Below, piece after piece: positions 50,767-60,223 of a DNA stretch of 64,000 nt. The translations under genes and the position numbers were made by a program. Under the pieces are notes generated by a model. It was given only the letters and a program-made list of their open reading frames with translations. It was not told the origin of the DNA and did no database searches. Origin of the DNA: Acidimicrobiia bacterium (GTDB lineage Bacteria > Actinomycetota > Acidimicrobiia > Spongiisociales > UBA5794); contig JASJAX010000006.1 of NCBI GenBank assembly GCA_030066755.1, positions 10,583 to 74,582 on the forward strand, read 5' to 3'. How positions within the stretch are numbered: the first letter of the stretch is position 1; each line of letters starts with the position of its first letter.

Positions 50767-51621
50767 CTAGTCGCCACCGAACTTCGGGTCACGCTTCTCG
50801 ACGAACGCCGCGATCGCTTCCATCAGATCGTTCGAGTGGAGGAAGGCTGCGTTCCAGACGGCGACGTAGTCCAGTGACTCCTCGATGCTGCGGCCCTCGC
50901 CTGCCCGGAGCACGGCCTTGGCTCCCTGGACGGCGAGCGGAGAGTTGGCCGCGATCTGCCGGGCCATGGTGGTCGCCGCTTCGAGCAGCGCCTCGCGGTC
51001 GGCATAGACATGATTGAGAAGTCCCATGGCATGGGCCTCGTCACCGGAGAAGTCGGCCCCGGTGTAGACGAGCTCGGCGACGCGACCGGGATCGACGATC
51101 TTCGGCAGTCGCTGCATCGTTCCGACGTCGGCCACCATCGCAATCTTCGTTTCCCGCACCGACAGGACCGCATCCGAGGTGGCGAGTCGGATGTCGCACG
51201 CAGTGATGAGGTCGATGCCCGCTCCCAGGCAGTAGCCGTGGACCGCGACGATGACCGGCTTGGGGCAATCGGCGATGGACGTGAACGTGCGCTGCATCCG
51301 CTTGACCATCTCGTACGTGGCCATGCGCCTGCCGACCTCTGAGGTTGGGGCGCTCGCCGGGTCGACGCCACCGGCCATGAGCGCAGGACCGAAGGCCATG
51401 AGGTCGATTCCGACGGTGAACGCCTTGCCCTTGGCTGCGATGACCACCACCCGCACCTCGGTGTCCGCGCTCAGCGCCTCCATGATGGGCGGCAGATCGT
51501 TCCATGCGTCCAGTCCGAACGCGTTCATCTTGTCGGGACGGTCCAGCCAGACGGTGGCGACGTGGTCGGCCACGTCGACGGTGAAGACATCCGAAGTCGG
51601 CAGTGAAGTCTGATCGCTCAT
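50767..51621 (-). CDS. enoyl-CoA hydratase/isomerase family protein
   Basis: Crotonase fold, with AVHGYCLGAGIDLITACDIRLA as the oxyanion-hole segment. Confidence 0.8.
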   Translation of the reverse strand: MSDQTSLPTSDVFTVDVADHVATVWLDRPDKMNAFGLDAWNDLPPIMEALSADTEVRVVVIAAKGKAFTVGIDLMAFGPALMAGGVDPASAPTSEVGRRMATYEMVKRMQRTFTSIADCPKPVIVAVHGYCLGAGIDLITACDIRLATSDAVLSVRETKIAMVADVGTMQRLPKIVDPGRVAELVYTGADFSGDEAHAMGLLNHVYADREALLEAATTMARQIAANSPLAVQGAKAVLRAGEGRSIEESLDYVAVWNAAFLHSNDLMEAIAAFVEKRDPKFGGD

Positions 51622-51661
51622 GAGCGGAGCGTAGTTGTGACGCGTTCGGCGCCGAGCCGGC

Positions 51662-52258
51662 TCACGCCATCCGAGCGGTCGCCGCCGCGAGGTCGTCCGG
51701 CGTGTTGACGCTCCACCAGGACGACCCATCCTCGCCCCAGCTTCGCCAGGTGTCCGGCACGATCTCGTGAAGGGGCACACGGTCGAGTACTGCGTGCAGC
51801 GGTGGATCGTCCGCGCCGGTGAGGAGGTCGTCGACGATGGCTGCACAGTTCGGCCAGTACACCGCACACGTCGGTTGTCGTTTGCCGCTGTCGATCGGGA
51901 CGACGGCATCTCCGTCGGCGACTGCCAACAGATGGCGGATCGTCTGCGGGCGCACGAACGGTTGGTCGACGCCGACGAGCACCACTGGCGCGCCGGCGGC
52001 GATCCGCAGCGCAGTGGAGAGGCCGGCGACCGGGCCACGCCGACCGGCCGGCGAGTCGGGGACACTGTGGATTCCGGCCGGTCGATCCGACCTTCCGATG
52101 ACGGCGACCCGACACCCGGCCGCTTCCAGCGCTTCAGCGGTGTACTCGATCATTGGTCGCCCGGCGAGGTCGACCAGGGCCTTGTCGACGCCCATGCGGG
52201 TGGACCGTCCTCCAGCGAGGATTGCGCCGAGCGGAGATGGACGCGTCATGGGACCCAT
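51662..52258 (-). CDS. mobA: molybdenum cofactor guanylyltransferase
   Basis: LGAILAGGRSTRMGVDKAL matches the MobA N-terminal signature. The start may be at 52258 or 52249. Confidence 0.7.
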   Translation of the reverse strand: MGPMTRPSPLGAILAGGRSTRMGVDKALVDLAGRPMIEYTAEALEAAGCRVAVIGRSDRPAGIHSVPDSPAGRRGPVAGLSTALRIAAGAPVVLVGVDQPFVRPQTIRHLLAVADGDAVVPIDSGKRQPTCAVYWPNCAAIVDDLLTGADDPPLHAVLDRVPLHEIVPDTWRSWGEDGSSWWSVNTPDDLAAATARMA

Positions 52259-52263
52259 TGTCG

Positions 52264-52291
52264 CAGTACTGAGCAACGAGTAGCGAGTAGG
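52264..52291. repeat. degenerate heptamers (CAGTACT)(GAGCAAC)(GAGTAGC)(GAGTAGG)
   Basis: In the divergent mobA / SulP region. Confidence 0.5.
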
Positions 52292-52400
52292 CGTGTGTCC
52301 CGGCTGCGCTGATCTGCCATGTGCGAGATTCTGCATATACCATGCGTCGGGAAGGCCAGCGCTGCGGAGGCGCCATGCGAGCATCCAACTCGGTTCATCG

Positions 52401-53924
52401 ATGACCGATCGTCTGCGTGCCTTCTTCCCGCGACCCGTCACCGGCGACATCGTCGCCGGTGTCAGTGTGTCGCTGATCTTGATCCCCCAGGCTTTGGCCT
52501 ACGCCGACCTCGCCGGCTTGCCGCCGGTGTATGGCCTGTTCGCCGCCGCTCTCCCGCCGATCGTCGCCGCCATCTTCGCTTCGTCGCCATATCTGCAGAC
52601 CGGACCGGTGGCGATGACCGCCTTGCTCACGTTCGGGGCCCTGAGTCAGCTCGAGACTCCCGGATCCATGGAGTATGTGAAGCTCGCTGCCCTGCTGGCG
52701 TTGATCGTCGGGGTGGTGCGCGTGATCGTCGGCTCGCTTCGCGCCGGAGCGGTGGCGTACTTGATGTCACAGCCGGTCATCCAGGGGTTCACCGGCGGCG
52801 CGGCGATCCTGATCATCGCCTCGCAGCTGCCGACGGCGCTCGGTGCCGATGCTCCAGATGGCGGGGTGCTGCGCCGGGCTTGGTGGAGTGTCACGAACTT
52901 CAGTGAATGGGAGCTCGCCGCGGTTGCGATCACCCTCCTAGCGGCGTCGCTCCTGACCTTCGGCTCCAGGATCCACCCGCTGTTTCCCAGCGTGCTCGTC
53001 GCGGTTGCTGCTGCGCTCGTCTGGTCCATGATCACCGACTACTCAGGTCAGATCGTCGGCGAGGTCCCGGGTGGTCTCCCGCCGTTCTCGCTGGCGTTGC
53101 CGTGGAGCCGCTTCACCGACATCGCCGTCGCCGGTGCGGTGATCGCCCTCGTCGGATTCGCGGAACCGGCGTCGATCGCCCGGGCGTACGCGGCGCGGGA
53201 GCGGACACCATGGAGTCCCGATCGCGAGTTCCTCAGCCAGGGTGCCGCCAACCTCGCATCCGGCATCTCGGGAGGGTTTCCGATTGGTGGATCGTTCTCG
53301 CGGACGTCGGTGAATCACCTCGCCGGCGCCAAGACACGATGGAGTGGCGCCGTCACGGGACTCGTCGTATTTGCGTTCCTGCCGTTTGCCGGGATCATCG
53401 AGGACCTTCCCCGCGCCGTGCTGGCGGCCATCATCATCGTGGCGGTCGCCAAGCTGATCCGAGTGCCGGCGCTGCTCTCGTTGTGGAAGTACTCGAAGCC
53501 GCAGGCGCTGGTCGCCTACGTGACCTTCGGTGCAACATTGGTATTGGCGCCACGGATCGATCAAGCCGTGCTCGTCGGCATCGTGACGGCGATCGCAATC
53601 CACCTCTGGCGTGAACGGGTTGTCTCCGTCGAACTGGAGGTGCGTCGCGGCGGTGTGGCCCGGATCCGGCCTCAGGGTGTGTTCTGGTTCGGTTCGGCGC
53701 CCGACCTCGCAGAGGCGATGAACGAGCTGATGGGTGCGTATCCCGAGGCCGACACCATCGAGATCGACCTCGGCGGGCTCGGCCGGATCGACTACTCCAG
53801 TGCGGTGATGCTGCGGGACATGGTGAACGACGCCCGCAAGGCCGGATACGAAGTCGACGTGATCGCCGTCCCGGAGCACGCCCGCCGCATCTTGCGCGCC
53901 GTGTGGGCCGAGGAGATCAGGTAG
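52401..53924 (+). CDS. SulP family inorganic anion (sulfate) transporter with STAS domain
   Basis: Polytopic core with a C-terminal STAS-like domain. Motifs include GLPPVYGLF. Confidence 0.85.
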   Translation: MTDRLRAFFPRPVTGDIVAGVSVSLILIPQALAYADLAGLPPVYGLFAAALPPIVAAIFASSPYLQTGPVAMTALLTFGALSQLETPGSMEYVKLAALLALIVGVVRVIVGSLRAGAVAYLMSQPVIQGFTGGAAILIIASQLPTALGADAPDGGVLRRAWWSVTNFSEWELAAVAITLLAASLLTFGSRIHPLFPSVLVAVAAALVWSMITDYSGQIVGEVPGGLPPFSLALPWSRFTDIAVAGAVIALVGFAEPASIARAYAARERTPWSPDREFLSQGAANLASGISGGFPIGGSFSRTSVNHLAGAKTRWSGAVTGLVVFAFLPFAGIIEDLPRAVLAAIIIVAVAKLIRVPALLSLWKYSKPQALVAYVTFGATLVLAPRIDQAVLVGIVTAIAIHLWRERVVSVELEVRRGGVARIRPQGVFWFGSAPDLAEAMNELMGAYPEADTIEIDLGGLGRIDYSSAVMLRDMVNDARKAGYEVDVIAVPEHARRILRAVWAEEIR

Positions 53925-54750
53925 CCGCGCTCTCCCAGGCCACGGAATAGAGCGAGACCGGCTCCGGGAACCCCTTCAATCCGATCTGTCCCCGGGCCTC
54001 GAACGAAATGCCCTTGCCGATCGTGAGGTCGCGCACCGCGCTCGAGGTGAGGATCTCGCCCCCCTCAGCATGCGCACAGAGCCTGGCGGCGAGGTTGACG
54101 GCGGCGCCGAAGAGGTCGTTGCTGTTCTCGACCGGCTCGCCAACACTCAGGCCGATCTTCACGGCGAGCCTCGGATCATCCGGATCGTCGACCTCGGTGG
54201 TTCCCTCCTGGATCGACATCGAGGCCTTCACCGCTCGTTCGACCGAATTGAAGCTGGCGAAGACGCCATCGCCGGTGTGCTTGACCTCACGCCCGCTGAA
54301 CCGGCTGAGGGCATCGCGGACAACGGTGTCGTGGCGATGGAGGAGTTGCATCGCCGCCCGATCGCCACGGGTCGTGCTCACGGCCGTCGAGCCGGCGATG
54401 TCCGTGAACATGATGGCGCGCAGTGCAGTGTCCGGAACGCCCTCCACCATGACTCGATCGGTGTCGTCCATGGAGGTCGCACCCATGAAGAGATCCAACA
54501 TCGAGGGCTGCACTTCGATGACGTCGTGGGGCATGAGACCGTGGGCTGCCTTGTGGCAGGCCTTCAGCGAGTCGACATCGGGAGACTCGACGAGACAGAA
54601 CGCTTTGCCACCCCGGTCGGTCGCAACCCAGTAGCTCAGGAACTTGACCCCGTAGTCGTCCTGGATGGCCAGGTCGCGCTGATGCGCGGCTGCAACGTCT
54701 TCCGGCGTTGCGTCTCCCAACCCGGGATGGACGTCCATGTAGAGCGGCAT
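53917..54750 (-). CDS. DUF4242-domain / class III adenylate-guanylate cyclase fusion protein
   Basis: N-terminus MPLYMDVHPGLGDATPEDVAAAH...YWV is DUF4242-like. The C-terminus has a cyclase catalytic core (IMFTDIAGSTA...). Confidence 0.65.
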   Translation of the reverse strand: MPLYMDVHPGLGDATPEDVAAAHQRDLAIQDDYGVKFLSYWVATDRGGKAFCLVESPDVDSLKACHKAAHGLMPHDVIEVQPSMLDLFMGATSMDDTDRVMVEGVPDTALRAIMFTDIAGSTAVSTTRGDRAAMQLLHRHDTVVRDALSRFSGREVKHTGDGVFASFNSVERAVKASMSIQEGTTEVDDPDDPRLAVKIGLSVGEPVENSNDLFGAAVNLAARLCAHAEGGEILTSSAVRDLTIGKGISFEARGQIGLKGFPEPVSLYSVAWESAAT

Positions 54751-54795
54751 GCGCTGATGGTACGTGGTCTGGGTTGCGCCGTGTCGACCAGGGAG

Positions 54796-55488
54796 TCAGG
54801 CCAGCGCGGCATCGACCGCCGCGAGTGCGTGTATGCGAGTCGTCGGGAACACCGGAACGGGGCGCAGATCGTCGGTGACCAGCAGCTCGATCTCCGTGCA
54901 TCCGAGGATCACCCCGTTCGCGCCGGCCGCTGTGAGCCGATCGATCACACGACCGTAGGCGTCCCTGGACGACACGGTGATGATCCCTTGGACGAGCTCG
55001 TCGTAGATGACGTCGTGCACCGTCGAACGATCCGGCTCGTCGGGCACGATGACGTCGAGGCCGTGGCGGCTCTCGAGCCGGCCCCGGTAGAAGTCCTGCT
55101 CCATCGTGTAGCGGGTGCCCAGGAGCCCCACACGCCCGATCCCGGCCGATCGGACCGCGTCGGCGGTGGCGTCGGCGATGTGGATGAGCGGGATACCGAT
55201 CGCCGCACCGACCTCGTCAGCCATCCGATGCATCGTGTTGGTGCAGATCACGAGGAGGTCGGCGCCTCCGGCTTCGACCCGCCGCGCTGCCTCGACCATC
55301 AATGTCGTTGCGCCATCCCAATCGCCGGCTGCCTGGAGCTCCTCGACCTCGTGGAAGTCGACGGACACCATCACCGACTTCGCCGAGTGGGTACCACCCA
55401 GGCGGTCGCGTGCCGTCTCGTTGATGATCCGGTAGTACTCGGCGGAGGACTCCCAGCTCATGCCACCGAGAAGGCCGATCGTTCGCAT
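54796..55488 (-). CDS. aspartate/glutamate racemase family protein
   Basis: IGLLGGMSWESSAEYY, ICTNTMH and LGCTE motifs. Confidence 0.8.
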   Translation of the reverse strand: MRTIGLLGGMSWESSAEYYRIINETARDRLGGTHSAKSVMVSVDFHEVEELQAAGDWDGATTLMVEAARRVEAGGADLLVICTNTMHRMADEVGAAIGIPLIHIADATADAVRSAGIGRVGLLGTRYTMEQDFYRGRLESRHGLDVIVPDEPDRSTVHDVIYDELVQGIITVSSRDAYGRVIDRLTAAGANGVILGCTEIELLVTDDLRPVPVFPTTRIHALAAVDAALA

Positions 55489-55524
55489 GCGCGCAGCCTA
55501 GGGGTTCGCACGTAGGCTCCCCGC

Positions 55525-55902
55525 ATGAGTTCATACGGGATGCCGCCGGAGACCTATGCCGCGGTGCAGCGCGTGTGTTTGGCGTTTCCGGAAGCTGTTG
55601 AGAAGGAGACGTGGGGGCATCCGACGTTTCGGGTTCGAAACAAGATGTTCGCCGCCTGCGGCTCGAGCGAGAACGACGCCGGCGAGCTGCGGGTCACCAT
55701 GACGATGAAGGCCGAGCCTGGGGAACAGGATTCGCTCATTGCCGAGGGATACCCGTTCTTCTACCCGAAGTACGTCGGAAGCAAGGGCTGGATCGGGATC
55801 CACCTCACGACCGACACCGATTGGGATGAGATCGCCGAACTCGTCGAGGAGAGTTATCGCGTGATCGCACCGAAGACCCTCGCCCGAACGCTCGACGACT
55901 GA
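55525..55902 (+). CDS. MmcQ/YjbR family DNA-binding protein
   Basis: 125 aa. Pattern FPEAVEKETWGHPTFRVRNKMFA...GSKGWIGIHL. Confidence 0.6.
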   Translation: MSSYGMPPETYAAVQRVCLAFPEAVEKETWGHPTFRVRNKMFAACGSSENDAGELRVTMTMKAEPGEQDSLIAEGYPFFYPKYVGSKGWIGIHLTTDTDWDEIAELVEESYRVIAPKTLARTLDD

Positions 55903-55932
55903 CGGCCCGATCTCCGGACGTTTCCAGGCCCT

Positions 55933-55956
55933 GGAATGTCGGACTTCCGACATTTG
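55933..55956. promoter_or_regulatory. perfect palindrome AATGTCGGA-CT-TCCGACATT
   Basis: 9-bp arms. Lies in the 218-nt spacer between yjbR-like and the secreted beta-helix gene, in a locally AT-richer stretch. Confidence 0.4.
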
Positions 55957-56120
55957 TGAATTCTCCTCTACGTCGTACCGCATAGGTTCGGACGGGAGGG
56001 CCCGGATCACACCTGTCACTCCCGGCCGGGTGCCGGACATAGGACGGGTGGAAGGGGCGACGCACCGTGTCGCCGCACTGAGGCACCGGGAGTACCGGTG
56101 CGAGGGAGAAAGGGGAGGCG

Positions 56121-57626
56121 ATGCGCTCTGGCATCATCAACCGGCGGGCTGTGCTCGCCATCGTTTCCGTACTCGCGATGCTGATGGCGGTGTTGACCGC
56201 TGCACCGGCGTCGGCGCACGGCTCGGAGTGCGACCACCGGTACGTGCACCGGCACGGCGGCGACACCTGGAAGGTCTATCCGAACGGCGTTGACGACACG
56301 GCGAACATCAAGTGCGCACTGGAGGAGGCGTCGCATCACGACGGGGCAGTCGTCAAGCTGGCCTGGGGCACGTTCCACGTCGACTTCCTGAAGGTCGATG
56401 GATTCAACGGCGTCCTCCGCGGCGGAGGTCAAGATCACACCAGGATCGAACCGCTCTACGGAGGCCTGGACTGCAAAGCCGAGTTCGAGGCGACCGGGTT
56501 CGTCGTGTGGATGGTGTTCACACGTTCACATCTCAAGGTGAAGAACCTGTCGATCGTGATCCCGGAGCAAGCATGTGCCGAGCCGTACATCGAGGACATC
56601 TTCTTCGACGAGGAACTCGGCGAGGAAGTCGGCTTCGTCGGCCAGGACTTCAATTTCATCCTCGGAAGCGTCAGCCGGCTTGCCGCGCCGACGGACCAAT
56701 GCGGTATCACCGAATACGGGAGTCTGACGGCCAAGGGTGTGAGCATCTGGGCACCGACCCCGGACTTCGAGGCGTCGATCTTCAATCCGCTCGGTGCGTT
56801 CAGCGCCTTCAGAGTCGGCGGCACGCAGCCGCTCGGCTGCCCGGACTTCGACGACCTCGTCGGCAGCGTGATGATCAAGGACGTGAAGGCTGCTGGCGTC
56901 GGGAACCTGATCGAAGTCATCTCGATGACCGACTCCAAGGTCACGGTCAAGAAGAACCACCTCAGTGAGATCGCCAGTGGCGTGAGGCTGTCCTACAACG
57001 ACGGCACGACGTACAACGTCCGCAAGAACCACATGGAGAGCATGCTTGGTGAGGGCGTCATCATCGACAACTGCACCTTCGGGTCCGAGGGGCCGCTCTG
57101 TGCGGAGACGGCATCGCACGGCTACGTGATCCACAACGACATCCAGCTGGCTCCGGGAGCCGGCATCGGCATGGGTATCTTCGACGGCCCGTTCGACGAG
57201 TTGCTGTTCCCAGCCTTGCTCGACGTCAAGGTGGCCAAGAACTCGATCAGCGGCGAGGAACTCTTCGCCGGCATGCTCATGTTCGGCAATGACGGCACGG
57301 TCGTCGCCGGCAACCATTTCGCCGGTTCAGGCGTCTTCGGCATGTTGGTCGATGGGCAGGAGATCGCGCAGTTCAAGGCGGTGAACAACAAGATCGTCCT
57401 GAACTCGTTCGCCGACTTCCTGGCCTTCGACGCGGGGATCCTGCTCGCCGAGCTGACGGCATACAACATCGTTGCGGGCAACGTCGGTGCCACGATCGTC
57501 GATCTGGGGATGGACAACTACGTGAGAGGCAACGTCGAGCCCGAGGCAACGCTCGAGTCGAGCCTGTTCCGAGCGGAGACCGTTGACGGCCTCCGGGACT
57601 ACGGAATCAACCGCTACGGCCGCTGA
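56121..57626 (+). CDS. secreted right-handed beta-helix (pectate-lyase-fold) repeat protein
   Basis: Has a signal peptide. Repeated GxxxxN/G-rich turns are typical of parallel beta-helix proteins. A canonical terminator follows downstream. Confidence 0.5.
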   Translation: MRSGIINRRAVLAIVSVLAMLMAVLTAAPASAHGSECDHRYVHRHGGDTWKVYPNGVDDTANIKCALEEASHHDGAVVKLAWGTFHVDFLKVDGFNGVLRGGGQDHTRIEPLYGGLDCKAEFEATGFVVWMVFTRSHLKVKNLSIVIPEQACAEPYIEDIFFDEELGEEVGFVGQDFNFILGSVSRLAAPTDQCGITEYGSLTAKGVSIWAPTPDFEASIFNPLGAFSAFRVGGTQPLGCPDFDDLVGSVMIKDVKAAGVGNLIEVISMTDSKVTVKKNHLSEIASGVRLSYNDGTTYNVRKNHMESMLGEGVIIDNCTFGSEGPLCAETASHGYVIHNDIQLAPGAGIGMGIFDGPFDELLFPALLDVKVAKNSISGEELFAGMLMFGNDGTVVAGNHFAGSGVFGMLVDGQEIAQFKAVNNKIVLNSFADFLAFDAGILLAELTAYNIVAGNVGATIVDLGMDNYVRGNVEPEATLESSLFRAETVDGLRDYGINRYGR

Positions 57627-57651
57627 GCGCGAGACGCAGTGAACATCCGAA

Positions 57652-57680
57652 GGGGGCGGCCATCCGGCCGCCCCCTTCTT
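57652..57680 (+). terminator. rho-independent terminator after beta-helix gene
   Basis: GGGGGCGGCC-ATCC-GGCCGCCCCC followed by TTCTT. Confidence 0.8.
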
Positions 57681-57713
57681 GTCTCGGTCTCAGTACCCGG
57701 TACTCGGTACTCC
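57681..57713. repeat. heptamers GTCTCG GTCTCA GTACCCG GTACTCG GTACTCC
   Basis: Immediately after the terminator, between convergent genes. Confidence 0.8.
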
Positions 57714-57726
57714 GAATGAGCTTGGC

Positions 57727-58851
57727 TCATTCGGACAACGCACACTCGTTTCGTCCGACCTCGAGCTCCATGGCTTCGTCGTGGGTCGGGATGTGCCAGC
57801 CCATGTTGACTTCGCGGATCGTGGCGTAGACCCCGGGCGCCTCGCCGAGATGGGAGACCACGTACGCAACGAACTCGCCCTCGTCGTCCATCGACACGAC
57901 CGGATCGTTGGCGAGGAGGTCACCGAGCTTGCGCCGTAGCGTTCCATCGGCCTGCGACTCGAGGCGGCTCGTGTAGTGGGCCGGGCAGACCTCGAGCTCC
58001 GAGTCGAGTGGTGCCAGCTGCTCGTGGATCGTGCGGAACAGATCGCGCGCCCACGGTTCCGTCTCGCCACCGAGGTCGGGTCTGCCGACCCCCGACACGA
58101 AGACTGCGTCACCCGTCATGAGGTAGCGGCCGTCGACCTCGAGCGAGGTGGACCCAGGGGTGTGTCCGGGAGTTGCCACCGACCGAACGATGATCTGCAT
58201 CGTGCCGAGTTGGAAGACGGCACCGTCGGTGAGCGCGTCGTACTTGAAGTGGGCTCCCTCGGCGTCGCCCGGTGCGATGTGATAGGTCGCCCCGAACTCG
58301 GCGGCCATCTGCACCCCGAGGGAGAGGTGGTCGGCGTGCAGGTGAGTGTCGAACACGTCGGTGATCTCGCACTCCATGTCGGCGGCGATCCGCTCGTACG
58401 CTGATGCGTCTCCGGCCGGGTCGATCACCGCCATCGACGATCCGCGAGATCCGACGGCGTACGACAGGCACGCCTTGGCGATTCGATCGAGCTGGACGAC
58501 GAACTTGGTCCCGTCGTCATACAGGACGTGCGGGACCAGGGTGCGTGCCCAGGCGTCCATTCCTCCGGCGAGGTTGTGCAGGTTGTCGAGCCCCAAGGTC
58601 TCGACGACGAGGTCGGATGAGTCGCCGTGCGCACATACGACGACTACCTCGCGGTCGTGGGGCACGACCTCCCTGGTCTCCTCGTCGTCGACGATCGCCG
58701 TCCAGTACGGGATGTTGAGGGTGGCCATGTCGGCCTTCCCCTCGATCTGCCATCGCTCGAACTGATCGGGTGCGCGAACGTCGAGAATGAATGGCGCAGA
58801 ATCGGGATCGTCGACGCGTCGGGCCAACTCGTCGGTCGTGATGGCAGTCAC
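57727..58851 (-). CDS. rhodanese-domain / MBL-fold persulfide-dioxygenase-like fusion protein
   Basis: N-terminal rhodanese domain (ILDVRAPDQFERWQIEG...VVVVCAHGDSS). C-terminal metallo-beta-lactamase domain with HLHADH. GTG 58851 is preceded by a GGGGAGAGAG SD-like sequence. An alternative ATG lies at 58887. Confidence 0.7.
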   Translation of the reverse strand: MTAITTDELARRVDDPDSAPFILDVRAPDQFERWQIEGKADMATLNIPYWTAIVDDEETREVVPHDREVVVVCAHGDSSDLVVETLGLDNLHNLAGGMDAWARTLVPHVLYDDGTKFVVQLDRIAKACLSYAVGSRGSSMAVIDPAGDASAYERIAADMECEITDVFDTHLHADHLSLGVQMAAEFGATYHIAPGDAEGAHFKYDALTDGAVFQLGTMQIIVRSVATPGHTPGSTSLEVDGRYLMTGDAVFVSGVGRPDLGGETEPWARDLFRTIHEQLAPLDSELEVCPAHYTSRLESQADGTLRRKLGDLLANDPVVSMDDEGEFVAYVVSHLGEAPGVYATIREVNMGWHIPTHDEAMELEVGRNECALSE

Positions 58852-58937
58852 AGGCTCTCTCCCCAGGTCGCATGCGTCAAGGCGCATACAACTCTAACGA
58901 GGCGCGGCGATCCGCCACAAGGAGTTTCTGCGTTTCG

Positions 58938-59255
58938 CTAGCTGAGGCTCGTTGCGGAGCCGAGCTGCTCGTTCATGACCTCGCGGAGCAGATCCATGGC
59001 TTCGACGATCTTGGTCGACGTGAGCGAGTAGTACACCCACTGGCCGTCACGGCGACCCGTCACCAGCCCGCGATCGCGAAGCACGGCGAGATGCTGGGAA
59101 ACGTTGGCCTGCGGGATATCGAGGTCATCGACGAGATCGGTCACAGAGCGCTCGCCATCGCGCAAGGCGTTGAGGATCAACAGTCGCTTCGGGTCGGCGA
59201 GACCTTTGCAGACGCTGGCGTGGAGTTGGTAGAGCTCGTTGCGGATCGATGACAT
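58938..59255 (-). CDS. ArsR/SmtB family transcriptional regulator
   Basis: ELYQLHASVCKGLADPKRLLILNAL...QANVSQHLAVLRDRGLV is a winged-HTH ArsR signature. Length is 105 aa. Confidence 0.8.
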   Translation of the reverse strand: MSSIRNELYQLHASVCKGLADPKRLLILNALRDGERSVTDLVDDLDIPQANVSQHLAVLRDRGLVTGRRDGQWVYYSLTSTKIVEAMDLLREVMNEQLGSATSLS

Positions 59256-59309
59256 GGCTGAACTATGCCATACCCCCGCGGCAAGGCCAAGGGCGGACCA
59301 CGGCGAACT

Positions 59310-59331
59310 GGTTGACAGATGATGGTCAACC
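59310..59331. promoter_or_regulatory. candidate ArsR-family operator GGTTGAC-N8-GTCAACC in divergent arsR / dsrE-like promoter region
   Basis: Perfect 7-bp inverted repeat. A locally AT-rich segment follows, caatgcatatatctgcgatgca (59348-59369), with its own TGCAT/ATGCA inverted repeat. Confidence 0.5.
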
Positions 59332-59387
59332 CGGCGAGGATGCACACCAATGCATATATCTGCGATGCAAGCGGGAGGGAGGACCCG

Positions 59388-59873
59388 ATGACCGACTCGT
59401 CCGAGAAGATGGTGATCATCGCGGCTTCCGGCGACCTCGATAAGGCGTGGCCGGTGATGATCCTGGCGACGACCGGTGCGGCCTACGGCATGGATGTCAC
59501 CGTGTTCTTCACTTTCTGGGGCCTCGGGATCCTGAAGAAGCCGGATGCCGGTCTCACGGGTGACGACTGGCGTCAGAAGATGCTCTCGGTCTTCAAGCCC
59601 GGGTCCACGGGCAAACTCGGCCTCTCGACGATGAACATGGGCGGCATGGGCGCGAAGATGATGAAAGGGCTGGCCGACGACCACAACGTGGCTTCGGTTC
59701 AGGAGCTGCTCGAGATGTCACAGGACATGGGAGTGAAGCTCTGGCCGTGCCAGATGACGATGGATCTGATGGGGTTATCGCGTGATGACATGATCGACGG
59801 CCTCGACGAACCGGCCGGCGCCGGCTCAGCCATCAGCCTCATGAAGGAAGCCTCGATCAGCTTGTTCATCTAG
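59388..59873 (+). CDS. DsrE/DsrF-like family protein
   Basis: KMVIIAASGDLDKAWPVMILATTGAAYGMDVTVFFTFWGL is a DsrE-like fold. SD GGGAGGGAGGA lies upstream. Confidence 0.7.
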   Translation: MTDSSEKMVIIAASGDLDKAWPVMILATTGAAYGMDVTVFFTFWGLGILKKPDAGLTGDDWRQKMLSVFKPGSTGKLGLSTMNMGGMGAKMMKGLADDHNVASVQELLEMSQDMGVKLWPCQMTMDLMGLSRDDMIDGLDEPAGAGSAISLMKEASISLFI

Positions 59874-59903
59874 GAGCGCACCAGAGAGAGGGAGAGAACC
59901 GAA

Positions 59904-60128
59904 ATGGCAGATGCAACCGTCGATGCTCGAGGCCTCCAGTGCCCGATGCCTGTGATCAAGGTCTCGCAGGCCGTCAAGGGCATGGAGTCCGGGCAGACCG
60001 TCGAGGTCATCGCAACCGACCGTGGCGCCTTGTCGGACATCCCGGCATGGGCCAAGGACATGGGCCACGCGCTGAAGGAGCAGTTCGAAGAGAACGACGA
60101 GTTCCACTTCATCGTCCAAAAGGGGTAG
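59904..60128 (+). CDS. TusA-like sulfurtransferase
   Basis: 74 aa. GLQCPMPVIK carries the CPxP motif. Confidence 0.8.
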   Translation: MADATVDARGLQCPMPVIKVSQAVKGMESGQTVEVIATDRGALSDIPAWAKDMGHALKEQFEENDEFHFIVQKG

Positions 60129-60160
60129 TTCGTACGTGCAGGAAGTAGCGTTGTCGTTCC

Positions 60161-60194
60161 GGTCTCAGTACTCAGTACTCGGTACTCAGTACTG
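60161..60194. repeat. (GGTCTCA)(GTACTCA)(GTACTCG)(GTACTCA)(GTACTG)
   Basis: Between the tusA-like stop and the FeS-NrfD gene. Confidence 0.85.
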
Positions 60195-60223
60195 CGAGCG
60201 ACGACCGTAGGGAGGAGCGAGCC

